Below, one piece after another: positions 1 to 10,382 of a stretch of 64,000 bases of DNA. The translations under genes were made by a program, and so were the position numbers. Each line of letters starts with the position of its first letter. Within the stretch, counting starts at the first letter, position 1. The stretch is taken from assembly GCA_965214705.1 (NCBI GenBank), contig OZ243972.1, positions 32,001 through 96,000 on the forward strand, written 5' to 3'. The notes below the pieces were generated by a model. It ran no database searches. It was given only the letters and a program-made list of their open reading frames with translations, and was not told the DNA's origin. The stretch comes from Alphaproteobacteria bacterium. GTDB lineage: Bacteria > Pseudomonadota > Alphaproteobacteria > UBA828.

Positions 1-91
1 AGGACCAGGTGCTTCCGCTGCGGGCGCGTGTCCCAACAACACATCACGACGGGGCGCATCGCCTCGGAGGATGAACGAAAGGGAGGTCGAC

Positions 92-1009
92 ATGATCGAC
101 ACGCGCCAGGACACAGCTTCACAGACCGCAGCCATCTGCGAGAACGTCGCACTCTACGGCGCGGCGCCCGAGCGCGGCGAGCTCGACAGCCGCGAGGTCT
201 GGGACGAAGACGACGCCACCGAGGCGCTGAGCGAGGCCATCCGCATCATGGTGGACGGCATCACCGTGGAGGGGACGCAGATGGCCGACGAGCGCGAGCC
301 GCTGCTCTGGAGCCTCGTCAACTGCCTCCACGCGCAGGTGGGGCGCCTCGACAGGGCGGTGGATCGCATCGCCCCGGAGATGAAGGACCTTGAGACCGCT
401 CAGGACGGGAGCGAGGTGAAGGCGTGGGAGCTGCAGCTCCTCACGGACCGTGCGCAGAACCTCGGAGACCGGCGCGACGCCTTCGAGACCCTGCGCGATA
501 CCGCCGCAGACGCCTACCGCACCGAGACGGGCGATATCTGGCGGCCGAGACACGGCTCGCATACCTCGAAGGCGGGAGCGCTCACGTCAGCCGCCATCGA
601 CGCGCGCGACTACAGGCGCGCCCGCAAGGAGCGCGAGACCAGCAGCCACCTGCCCGAGGGCACCCTGGTGGCGGTGACCGGCGGCAAGGAGGTCGCGGAC
701 CCCGCCGCCGTCTGGAGCGTCCTCGACCGCACGCACGAGAAGCACGGTAACATGGTGCTCGTCCATGGCGGCGCCCCCGGCATCGAGACGGTGGCGGCGA
801 AGTGGGCCGAGGCCCGCAGCGTGCACCAGGTGATCGTTCGCCCCGACTGGAAGGCGCACGGACGCGCAGCCCCGTTCCGGCGCAACGACGCGCTGCTCGA
901 CCTGCTGCCCAGTGGCGTCATCGCCTTTCCCGGCAGCGGCGTCACCGGCAATCTGGTGGACAAGGCCCGCCAGATGGGAATCCCCGTGATGCAACTCAGC
1001 GCCGCCTGA
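92..1009 (+). CDS. DUF2493 / YspA-like SLOG-domain protein (typical of alphaproteobacterial ICE/plasmid regions)
   Basis: C-terminal VAVTGG...LVHGGAPG...AAPFRRN...IAFPGSG pattern of the SLOG/DUF2493 fold. GGGAGG RBS at 81-86 favours ATG 92 over 71. Confidence 0.75.
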   Translation: MIDTRQDTASQTAAICENVALYGAAPERGELDSREVWDEDDATEALSEAIRIMVDGITVEGTQMADEREPLLWSLVNCLHAQVGRLDRAVDRIAPEMKDLETAQDGSEVKAWELQLLTDRAQNLGDRRDAFETLRDTAADAYRTETGDIWRPRHGSHTSKAGALTSAAIDARDYRRARKERETSSHLPEGTLVAVTGGKEVADPAAVWSVLDRTHEKHGNMVLVHGGAPGIETVAAKWAEARSVHQVIVRPDWKAHGRAAPFRRNDALLDLLPSGVIAFPGSGVTGNLVDKARQMGIPVMQLSAA

Positions 1010-1033
1010 TGCGGCGCTTTCTCTTGCCGCCAT

Positions 1034-1072
1034 GCCGGTCCTTCGCTGCGGCGAGGGACCGGCTTCTCTATT
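1034..1072 (+). terminator. Probable intrinsic terminator after the DUF2493 gene
   Basis: GCCGGTCCTTCGC-TGCG-GCGAGGGACCGGC hairpin followed by TTCTCTATT. Confidence 0.45.
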
Positions 1073-1473
1073 CTCGCCGCGCCCGGTGTCGCGCAGCGCG
1101 TCCCGGCGCTAACGCGCCGTCGCCGCTCGCGCTCTCGTTGCCGCCCCTTCCGCCAGACCCTCCGCCGCGCCTCTCGACCCGCTCGCCGCATGCGCGGCTT
1201 CGCGCCGCCGCTCGCACTCCGTATCGGCAGCACCCGCCTCGATCTTCCACCGGCGCCGTATCGCGCTCGGCTCGCCGCATACGCGGCTCCGCCGACCGCT
1301 CGCTTGCTCCCCCTTCACCAGAGTGCCAGACGGCGGCACGCGGCTCGCCGTGCTTCGCACGACGCATCGCCGATCCGGGCTCGGCCCGTCCCGGGCTCGA
1401 CGCTCCGCCTCTTCGCCAAGAGCCTTCGTCTTATGGCCAGCTCGGCGCTTGCGCGCCTTCGCCCGGTTCCGGC

Positions 1474-1779
1474 TCAGAAGGCATCTCCCTCCGAATCCTT
1501 GCCACCGATCTTCGCCGCCACTGCGGCAGCCTTGCGCCCAGGAAGCTCCCCCTTGTCGAGGAAGACTTTGAGGCTTCGCTCCCCCAGCTCGATGCCTCGC
1601 GCCTTCAAGACCTCGTGCATCTGCGCCACGGTCACGCCCTTCGCCCGCTGCTCGAGCATGCGCTCTCGCAAGCGGTCCAGGACGTCCTTCAATGTCAGCT
1701 TAGGCGGCGCCAGCTTCGCCAGATCCGCATCGATGGCATCGAAATCGATATCCGATTCGTTGAAGCGCCTGACGACCAT
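1474..1779 (-). CDS. Small mobilization / relaxosome-accessory-like protein, divergent from the relaxase
   Basis: 101-aa ORF with AGGAGGG RBS and a helical, HTH-like middle; lies across the putative oriT from the relaxase. Confidence 0.5.
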   Translation of the reverse strand: MVVRRFNESDIDFDAIDADLAKLAPPKLTLKDVLDRLRERMLEQRAKGVTVAQMHEVLKARGIELGERSLKVFLDKGELPGRKAAAVAAKIGGKDSEGDAF

Positions 1780-1974
1780 GCGATCCCTCCTCTTCTTCCC
1801 GCAACAATTCCAGACAGTTACGCACGATTATCCAAGGCCTCGATTGTGTCAAGACCACCGCCGCCCCCAATGCGGTACGTAGCCCCGACGGTCCTTCGCG
1901 GACCGCCAACTCAGAAAAAAATCGCGCAGATCCATGAATTCTCTTAACGAACAGCAGTCTTTCGCATAACAAAC

Positions 1975-2001
1975 TTCTCACACCTATGCACTAAAGTGCG
2001 G
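1975..2001 (-). promoter_or_regulatory. Candidate oriT nic site (MOBF type)
   Basis: Minus strand reads CCGCAC-TTTA-GTGCATAGGTGT^GAG: a short hairpin followed by a TGCxTAGGTGT motif resembling IncN/IncW nic sites. It lies between the mob gene and the relaxase. Confidence 0.55.
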
Positions 2002-2186
2002 TGTTCCGGGATACATAGCCCGTTGTGGATACAGCCTGGAAGCGACCGTTTTGCAGAGTCGGGTAACCGTCTGATCGTCATGAGGAATCTCTCTCCGACA
2101 GCATTCAGGTCGGCTCCGGTCTCAGGCCGGGAGCATGAGTCCGGCTGCGCCGCCCGCGCCAGCTTGGCCGCCCTGCGTGGCGCACC

Positions 2187-5100
2187 ATGGTAGCCACGCT
2201 CGCCCAGGCTGCCTCGGCCGCATACTACCTGGAGAGCCAGCGCTCGTTCCGCCATCCCAACGAGTACTACACGGCGGGCGAGGAGCCCGACGGGGTGTGG
2301 TTCAACCCTGCGGGCCTGCTCGGCCTCGAGAACGGAGGCAAGATCGACAGCGCTGACTTCCAGCGGCTCTATAACGGCTTCTCACCGGACGCCTCGCACA
2401 GGCTCACGCGGAACGCCGGCAGCGAGAGCCGCTCGCCTGGCCTGGACATGACCTTCTCCGCCGACAAGAGCGTCTCCGCGCTCTGGGCCATCGCCGATCC
2501 CGAGCTTCGCTCCCGGATCGAAGACGCGCACAACGACGCCGCCCGCGTGGCGCTGGAAGAGACGGTGTTCCGTCACTGCGCCTTTACGCGTATCCGGGAC
2601 AGGGAGGGGCGGATCAGGGTGCTCCCTGCCGATATCGCCGCGGCGATGTTCCAGCACGGCACCAGCCGCGAGAACGACCCCCAGCTCCATACCCACTGCC
2701 TCGTCTTCAACGCGGCCCGCACGCAGGAGGACGGCAAGTGGCGGGCGATGCACCAGTACCCGGTCTACAGCTGGGCCAAGGCGGCGGGCGCCGTCTACCG
2801 CAACGCGCTCGCCTGGAACCTGCGCGAGCGCCTCGGCGTCCGCATCGAACAGTACGGACCCGACGGCGCGTTCACCCGCATTGAGGGCATGCCGGAGGAC
2901 CTACAGGTCTTCTGGTCCAAGCGGCGCAAGACGATCGTCGCGAAGGCCGGGGAGCTGGGCATCCCGACGCTCGGCAACGCGTCCCGCATGGCGGGCGTCA
3001 ACAAGCTGACCAGGGCGGGCAAGTCTCACGACAACGATCCCGAGGTGCGTCACGGGCGCTGGCGCGACGAAGCGCATGGTTTTTGTGAGCGGGAGGAGCT
3101 GATCGCCTCGGTCACGGACAACAGGGTGGAGATCGGCCGAGAGGCGGTCAGGGAGCTCACGGAAAGGCTCGACGATCTCCCCGCCCATCTGGCCCGGGAG
3201 GAGGCCGTGTTCCGGCGGCCTGACATTGTAGAGGCGGCCGCCAATGCCGCTGCGGGCCTGATCGGATCCGAAGCGCTGAAGACCGCCATCGAGCGGCTGC
3301 GCCGCAACCCGGAGATCGAGCGGCTGGAGCCGAAGAAGCCCACGGCCGAATCCCTCGCCGGCATGGTCCACACCGAGGTCTATTCCACCCGACATAACCT
3401 GGGGCTCGAACAGGCGGTCAAGGACATGGCGTCCTCCATGGCGTCAGACGCCGGCCACGGGTTGCCGGAAGAGGCGGTGGCGCTAAAGGTCGAGACGCTG
3501 CTGGATCGGAACTATCCGCTGAGCCAGGAGCAGTCGCTTGCGATCCGCCACGCCACCGTGACGGGTGGGCGCGTTGCGGTGATCGAGGGCGCGGCGGGCT
3601 CGGGCAAGACCACCACGCTCCGGCCCATCACCGACCTTCACAGGGAGCACGGCTACGAGATCGTGCCGACGGCCGTCGCCTGGCGCACCGCCGTCGCACT
3701 GGGCGACGACTGCAACGCCCGTCCCTACTGCGTCGACAAGCTGCTGAAGCTCGCCGCGAAAGGGCAGTTGGAGATCGGCCGGCGCACCCTGATCGTGGTG
3801 GACGAGGCGGGGATGCTGTCCACCCGACAAGCGCATCACATCCTGCAGCTCTCCGAGCGCCACGGCGCGAAGGTGGTGTTCGCCGGCGACACCCGGCAGC
3901 AGCAGCCCGTCGAGGCGGGGCCGGGGCTGAGGCTGATCCGCGACGTCGCGGGCAGCGTCCGCGTCGACCGCATCAGGCGTCAGAAGGCGGACCTCGAGGA
4001 CGTGCTGGTTCATGTCCACAAGGAGACGCCGGAGCAGGCGCGGTTCCGGGCCGGGCTCACCTCGCGGGAGGAGCGCGGTGCGATCCTTGCCGACTACGAG
4101 GCGATGGAGAAGAAGCCCCTGTTCACGCCCTGGCAGGTGTCGGTGTCCGAGGCGCTCAGGGACGGCGAGGCAGAACAGGCCATCGAGGCGTGGCGCCTCC
4201 GGGGCCGGCTTCATCTCTGCTACGACGAGGAGAAGACCCTCACGCGTCTGGTGGACGACTGGGCCCGGCACGCGCAGGCCGAGCCCGAAAAATCCGCCGT
4301 GGTGCTCGCGCGCACGCGGGCCGAGGCGCGGGCGCTCTCGTGGCTGATGCGGGAGCGGGTGCTCGCCCGAACGCCGGACGCGAAGCGCGCCGTGATCGAG
4401 GTGAGCAAGGACCTGGACGGGAGGGTGACGGAGCCGCTGGAGATCGCGGTCGGCGACTGTCTCCGCATCGGCGCCACGCAGTGGGAGAAGCAGCTCTTCA
4501 ACGGCACCGTGGTCACGGTGGAGGATCTAGAGGTGCGCCACGGGGAGCACGCGGCGGTCTCCCGCAAGGCCCGGAACCGGCAAGCCGGCGGGGGCGCCGG
4601 GCACGGCCCGGAGGCAGGTGAGAAACGGCTTGAAGCGGGCCGTGCAAGGGAAGGGTTCGAAAGGAATGCGGAGGACGAGCCATCGGTGTTCATCACGGCG
4701 CGTACCGACGATGGGCGGGCGGTCTCATTCCGCCACGACGAGATCCGGGACTTCCACGGCAACATACGCCTCGACTACGGCTATGCCATGACCATCGCGT
4801 CCGCCCAGGGGATCACCGTCGACCGGGCCTTCCTCCTGATCGACGACCGGCCCTCCCGCGAGACCGTCTATCCCGCCGCGACCCGCCACCGCGAAGGGAT
4901 CGACGTCTACGTCAACCGGGCGCCCATCGTGTTCGACATCGCCGAGCACCGGCCCGAGGACGAGGCGGACATGCCTGTCACCGACATCGACGTCCGCGCG
5001 TATCTGGCGGAGCGCTGGTCGCGCTCGCAGCCCAAGGAGGCCGCTCTCGATTACATCGCGGACGGAGCATGGAGGGATGCGAGAGAACAGGCTCAGCTCG

Positions 5101-6128
5101 TTGCGCGGCAAGAAGCGCAGATCGAGCGCGGCGGCATCGGGAACGGGGCAAGCCAGCCGCGGAGTGCGGCGCGCGTCGGTCCCGGCGAACGGCAGGGAGA
5201 GTCGGCAGAGGACCGCGCAGCAGCTGAAGCGCAGGTGTCGCAGACACAAGCTGCGGCGAACGACAATGCGCTCGTGCGCATCGCCCGTGAGATCCGCCAT
5301 GCGGTCAACGGATGGCGCCACGGCGCAGCCGTCGACGCCTTCGCGGCGGAGAGCACCGAGGTCATGGCGGCGTGGGACGAGCTTCGCCGGCGCGCACGCG
5401 CCGAGGGCGAGGCTGTGGCGCTCAGCCCGGCTTTCCGCGAGACCCTCGACCGCCACCGCGCGCTGATGAAGCAGGCCGCGTCGTTCCGCTCCCGGCCGCA
5501 GATGTTCGAACGCCTGCTCGCCGAGCGCGCCGGCATCGGCCAGGGAGAGATCGCGGAACTCCGCAATCAGCACGCGCGCGCTGGCAGCTACCTCCGCTCC
5601 GTGACGGCCAGGGCCGCTCACCGGGCGCGGCAGGACGCGAAGCGCCAGGACGCGAAGCGCCAAGACGCACCGCGCGAAGAAGCGGGGATCGTCGAGGCCG
5701 TCGCAGCCGAGGTTGTCGCAGCCGGGATCGCCGCCCCTGCCGCCGGGCCCGCTCCCGAAGAGTCCCTGCCGCCTCGTACCCCGGAAGCTGTCGCGCCCGG
5801 CCCGGAGCGCGATGCCCCGCCCGACTGGCGCACGCTCTACAGGGAGCTGCAACGCGACTGGAACGATCTCGTCGCCCGCGCCGAGGAGCCCGACCTGCCC
5901 CTGCCGCTGATGGAGGGCTACGACGCGCTGATTGGCCGCGTCCGCATACTCGCCGATAATCCCGACCTGTCCGGGCGCGCACGCAGCGTGATCGACGGGC
6001 TCCTCGAGTACCATGATGACGAGACCGCGGCGCGCGAGATCGCCGAGGGCTATCTGGCGGCGGCCGAACGGCAAGTCGAGGCGTATAAGGCCCTTGAACA
6101 GCATGCCCGCCAACGCGGCGTTCCCATT
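2187..6128 (+). CDS. MOBF (TrwC/TraI-family) conjugative relaxase-helicase, N-terminal 1314 codons; C-terminus cut off by an insertion
   Basis: N-terminal YY motifs, DMTFSADKSVS, H-x(9)-HTH (FQHGTSRENDPQLHTH), Walker A GAAGSGKTT, VVDEAGM, AQGITVD. As interrupted the ORF stops at 6161 inside the inserted element. Confidence 0.9.
5631..5668 (+). repeat. 15-bp tandem repeat (about 2.5 copies) within the relaxase
   Basis: CAGGACGCGAAGCGC x2 plus CAAGACGC, encoding QDAKR repeats. Confidence 0.8.
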
Positions 6129-6357
6129 GAACGAAGCCGCTACGCGGAGTTAGCGGCGTAGAGTTCATTCATTTCCGAGGCGTCGCGGGTGCCGTTTGTT
6201 CTGTGCGTTCGCTTCCCGGTTGCGTCAGTGGCGCTCCGCCCGTCGGGTGGCGGATCCCCAGCAGCCTCCCGATCACCAGTGGTTAGCATCGACCCCTGCG
6301 ACGGACCGTCGCCGGATCGGTCCGGCGGCGCGCCGTCGCGATCCAGGGAGATCGATA

Positions 6358-7236
6358 ATGACCGGGACCGCGTGCGACACGAACACCGTCACCCCTCTTC
6401 GCCAGCGCATGGAGGAGCAGCTCCGCATCGCCAATCTGGCCGCGAGCACGTCCAAGGCCTACATCTGCGAGATCAAGAACCTGGCCAGGTACTACGACGC
6501 CTCGCCGGACGAGCTCGACGCCGAGCAGGTGCGCCAGTGGTACCTGGGGCGGATCGACAAGGGGCTCAGTCCGGGCACGACCAACGTCTCCTTCGCCGCG
6601 CTGAACTTCCTCTACATCGACACACTCGGCTGGCCTGACCATGTCGCCGGCCTGCGCTCCCGCAAGAAGCCCGGCAAGCTGCCGCGCTACATGTCGGAGC
6701 AGGAGGTCGAGCACCTCATCCTTGCGACACCCGACCTCCGCCACCGTGCTGCCATTGTCACCGGCTATGGCGGCGGGCTCCGCATCTCCGAGACCTTGGC
6801 CATCAAGGTCGGCGACATCCTGTCGGAGAAGAAGCTGCTGCACATCCCCTCCGGCAAAGGCGGCACCGAGAGAATGGCACCGTTGCCGGACATCGTCATC
6901 CACTACTTGCGCGTCTACTACAGGAACATCTGGCCGCGTCCGACGAACTGGCTCTTCTACGGCGTCTCGCTCGACAGGCCCATCGCAACGGAGACCTTGC
7001 AGGCCGCCTTCAGGAGGGCGCGCGACATTGCCGAGCTCGACCGCAGCTACACCTTCCATTGCCTGCGCCATTCGGCGGCGACCCATCTCCTCGAGCGCGG
7101 CGGCGATATCGAGGTGATCCGGGACATGCTCGGCCATCGAAGCGCGAACACGACCCGTCACTACGCCCGCGTCACCGGCAAGATGTTCGAGGGCCTCGAC
7201 CACCCGATCTCAGGCTTCGCAGCGTTGCGCAACTGA
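6358..7236 (+). CDS. Tyrosine recombinase/integrase (N-terminal SAM-like domain plus catalytic domain)
   Basis: GLRISE (R), GKGG (K), HCLRH (HxxR), LGH and TRHY (Y) catalytic residues; AGGGAG RBS. Confidence 0.92.
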   Translation: MTGTACDTNTVTPLRQRMEEQLRIANLAASTSKAYICEIKNLARYYDASPDELDAEQVRQWYLGRIDKGLSPGTTNVSFAALNFLYIDTLGWPDHVAGLRSRKKPGKLPRYMSEQEVEHLILATPDLRHRAAIVTGYGGGLRISETLAIKVGDILSEKKLLHIPSGKGGTERMAPLPDIVIHYLRVYYRNIWPRPTNWLFYGVSLDRPIATETLQAAFRRARDIAELDRSYTFHCLRHSAATHLLERGGDIEVIRDMLGHRSANTTRHYARVTGKMFEGLDHPISGFAALRN

Positions 7237-7539
7237 CGGCGCGTGGAGGCCGAACGCGCGGGCGTGGCGGAGATCTTCCGCCGCGCCGGCGCCGCTTTCC
7301 GTGAGCGCCACAAAGGGCGCATCGACGCCGCCCGGCTCAAGGTCATGGGCGCCATCGAGGCGTGCCGCACCGCCGTGCTCGGCGGCCACATGTACGCCTG
7401 CGAGGGCTGCGGGCGCGAGCATCCGCTCTTCAGATACCATGAGCACGGTGGCACCGAATCGATTCTGGCGGTTAGACAAGCTCGGAGAGAAGGCCAGCAC
7501 CTTCTCTCCGAGCGGAATCGTCAACAACGGAGTGGACGG

Positions 7540-8736
7540 ATGTCGGATGGTCCAGACACGACCGCGCTGACAGGCGCAAGTAGTAGCACGATTTATGTCG
7601 CGGTGGAGATCAGCCTCAAATCGTGGATCGTTGGCGTGCATTGCCCGGATGCCTCGGGTGGCAGCATCAGCATCCACACACTGGCTGCTGCCGACACGGC
7701 GGGACTGTTGGATCTCGTCGGGTCGGTGCGGGAACGGGTGGCGAGGGAGCTCGGCGCCCGTCCTCGGGTGATGCTGACCTACGAGGCGGGCTACGAGGGG
7801 TTCTGGCTTGCCCGCGATATCGAGCGCCGTGACGCGGAGATCGATATCTTCATGAACGATCCGGCGAGCCTGCGGGTGAACCGGCGCGCCAAGAAGAAAA
7901 AGACCGACCGTATCGACGCGAGGAGGATGGTTCGGGCTCTGAAGGCATGGGACCAAGGCGATTCGGAGGCCATGTCCTGGGTGCGCGTGCCCGATGTGGA
8001 CCAGGAGGATGCCAAGCGCCTGCTGCGCGAGAGGGACACGCTGATCAGCGAGCGTACCCGCGTCAACAACCGGATCAAAGGGCTCTTGCAGTTGCACGGC
8101 ATCTTCGATCTGGCGCCGCGCAAGCCGGACTTCCTCGAACGCCTCGCGACCGCGCGGACGGGCTATGGGGCGCCGTTGCCGCCGCGTGCGCGGGCAGAGA
8201 TTGAGAGGGCGGTGGGGATGCTTCGCCTGGTTGAGGAGCATATCGAGATGATCGAGGCCGAGAAGAGGGCCCTGCTGAAGGCTGGCCGGAAAGCCCAGGA
8301 CGCGACCAATCGTGACGGGACGGCGATGATCGCGGCGCTTACGCGCATCCATGGCATCGGCCTCAATGACGCCACACTGCTGGCTGGCGAGGTGTTCTAT
8401 CGGGACTTCCGCAATCGCCGGGAGTTGGGCAGCTGGGCCGGGTTGACGTCGGTGCCGTGGGCGAGCGGAGATGTCGACCACGATCTTGGCATCAGCAAGG
8501 CCGGCCCCTCGCATGTCAGGAAGCACATGATCCAGATGGCTTGGCGCTGGCTGAAGCTGCAACCGGAAAGCGCGATCACGAAGTGGTTCCACGCCTACGT
8601 CGCCAGGGATGCCGGTGGCGGGAGGGACCGGCGAGCGAGGAAGCGGGCGATCGTGGGGGTCGCGCGCAAGCTGCTGATCGCGCTGTGGCGCTATGCCACC
8701 CAAGGACTGGTGCCTGAGGGCGCCATCGTCTCCTGA
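7540..8736 (+). CDS. IS110-family DEDD transposase/recombinase
   Basis: YVAVEIS, YEAG and KTDRIDA RuvC-like motifs; C-terminal GIG...AGL...PWASG...ISKAG...ARKL domain. Confidence 0.92.
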   Translation: MSDGPDTTALTGASSSTIYVAVEISLKSWIVGVHCPDASGGSISIHTLAAADTAGLLDLVGSVRERVARELGARPRVMLTYEAGYEGFWLARDIERRDAEIDIFMNDPASLRVNRRAKKKKTDRIDARRMVRALKAWDQGDSEAMSWVRVPDVDQEDAKRLLRERDTLISERTRVNNRIKGLLQLHGIFDLAPRKPDFLERLATARTGYGAPLPPRARAEIERAVGMLRLVEEHIEMIEAEKRALLKAGRKAQDATNRDGTAMIAALTRIHGIGLNDATLLAGEVFYRDFRNRRELGSWAGLTSVPWASGDVDHDLGISKAGPSHVRKHMIQMAWRWLKLQPESAITKWFHAYVARDAGGGRDRRARKRAIVGVARKLLIALWRYATQGLVPEGAIVS

Positions 8737-9082
8737 GGGCACCGGCCGAACGAACGGGAAAATACAGGAGGTTCCGACGTGGTCGGACGCGGCCGCGGAG
8801 GATGCCGGGCAAGGCGTGTGACCGGGCAAGAGTTGGGTCGCCGCTTGGCACCGTTCTACAGATGGGTCCCGCCTCCCGGAACGTCACCACCGCTTGGATG
8901 CGGTATTGGGGTCACGGAGCCGGCAAGCGCCGGAGTTCCGAACCGGATAAGAGCTGAGCAGCGTGGCGGATCGCTGCGTGGAAACGACGTTCTGCCTGGA
9001 CATCGGCCGCGGATTCGAGTGGAGAGATTGCGAATGCCATTGACGTAGATGAAGCCGGGCCTTGCGGAGAGAGCTCATAAGA
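8737..9082 (+). ncRNA. Putative bridge RNA / seekRNA region of the IS1111-type element (exact RNA ends unknown)
   Basis: Non-coding 3' end. Contains GGCAAGAGTTG (8825-8835) and CCGTTCTACA (8851-8860) matching the two target strands, and GGTAT (8902-8906) and ATAAGAG (8947-8953) matching the circle junction; each pair is separated by a stem. Confidence 0.7.
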
Positions 9083-10382
9083 ACTCCTGCCGTAACCGCC
9101 ACTGCCCCACCTGCCAGGGTCTCGCCGCCAACCTCTGGAGCGAGGAGCGCGCCGGGGACATCCTGCCGGTGCCCTACTTCCATGTGGTCTTCACCCTGCC
9201 CAAGGAGGTTGCCGCCATTGCCTTCTGCAACCGCAGGGTGGTGTTCGACATCCTCTTCCGGGCCGTCGCCGAGACCCTGCGCACCATCGCCGCCGATCCC
9301 CGCCACGGCGGCATGCGCATCGGCGGCACCGCGGTCCTCCATACCTGGGATCAGAAGCTCCGCTTCCACCCGCACCTGCACGTGGTCGTGCCCAACGCGG
9401 GCTTCGACGTAGACAGTGGCGAGTGGAAGACGGGGAGCACCACCTTCCTCGCCCCCGTCAAGGTCCTCGGCAGCCTGTTCCGCCGCCTCTTCCTCAAGGA
9501 GCTCGCCCGCGCCCACGGCCGGGGGGACCTGGAGTTCCACGGCACCCTCGCCCACCTCGCCAATCCCGGCGAGTTCCACGCCACGCTTGCCGCCGCCCGG
9601 GCCAGGGACTGGGTGGTCTACGCCAAGCGGCCCTTCCGCGGGCCTGAGCAGGTCTTCCGGTACCTCTCGCACTACACGCACAGGATCGCCATCTCCGACA
9701 GCCGCATCGTCTCCTTCGACGGCGAGACGGTCTCCTTCCGCCACCGAAAGCCCAAGGCGCCGGGGCAGAGAAAGCCGCGCTACGGCATCGCCACCGTGAG
9801 CGCCGACGAGTTCATCCGCCGCTTCCTGAGGCACGTCCTGCCGGACGGCATGCACCGCATTCGCTACTTCGGCATCCTCGCCAACGGCTGCCGCGCCAGC
9901 ACGCTGGAGAGAGCACGCCAGGCTCTCGGCGCCCTCGGCTGCGCCGCCCCCGAGGGAAGCGTGGACGGCGCTCGGGCCGAGCCCGACGAAGAGCCCGAGA
10001 TCGGCACCGCGCCCGTGGCCTGCCCCCACTGCGGCGGCGTCATGCGCCTCGTCCGCGAAATCCGCCGCCGCCATGAGCCCCGCTCGACGCGCGGCCCGCC
10101 GGCGCTGCCGCCGACCCACAGGGGGAAACCGTGAGACGCCCGCTCGCTTCGGCCCCGCGCAACGGCGCCAAAGCGCCGACGCACGACCGAACCTGTCTCC
10201 GCTTGAGCCGGGCTGACAGCCCTCGGCTCACACCCCGCTCAGTCCTCGCAGCGTGCGCCCGCATGCCTGCCGAAAGACCGGCGCGAGCGTCGATTTTATG
10301 CGCAACTCTGCTGCCGGTGGATGCCGCCTGACGCTGACATCAGCGCACTTTCCACATAGCTCAACTTCGCCTCTCGTGGCCC

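Larger units (their letters stand above)
7433..9082 (+). mobile_element. IS1111-type (IS110 superfamily) insertion sequence, 1650 bp
   Basis: Ends defined by comparison with the empty site in copy 2 (1-bp A ambiguity, no TSD). Sub-terminal IR ATGAGC/GCTCAT about 7 nt from the left end and 3 nt from the right end; long 3' non-coding region. Confidence 0.92.
7243..10134 (+). pseudogene. IS91-family Y2 (HUH) transposase, split by an IS1111-type insertion (7243-7432 plus 9083-10134)
   Basis: Matches the intact copy at 46085-47326. Zn motif CEGC...NSCRNRHCPTC is broken at F|N; HPHLH and YLSHY lie in the 3' part. Confidence 0.92.

Noticed and set aside
10131-10331. 66-aa ORF (and 207-aa ORF from 10253) in the element tail
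   Set aside because: Low-complexity Arg/Ala/Pro content; the 207-aa ORF is element tail fused by chance to the relaxase C-terminus.
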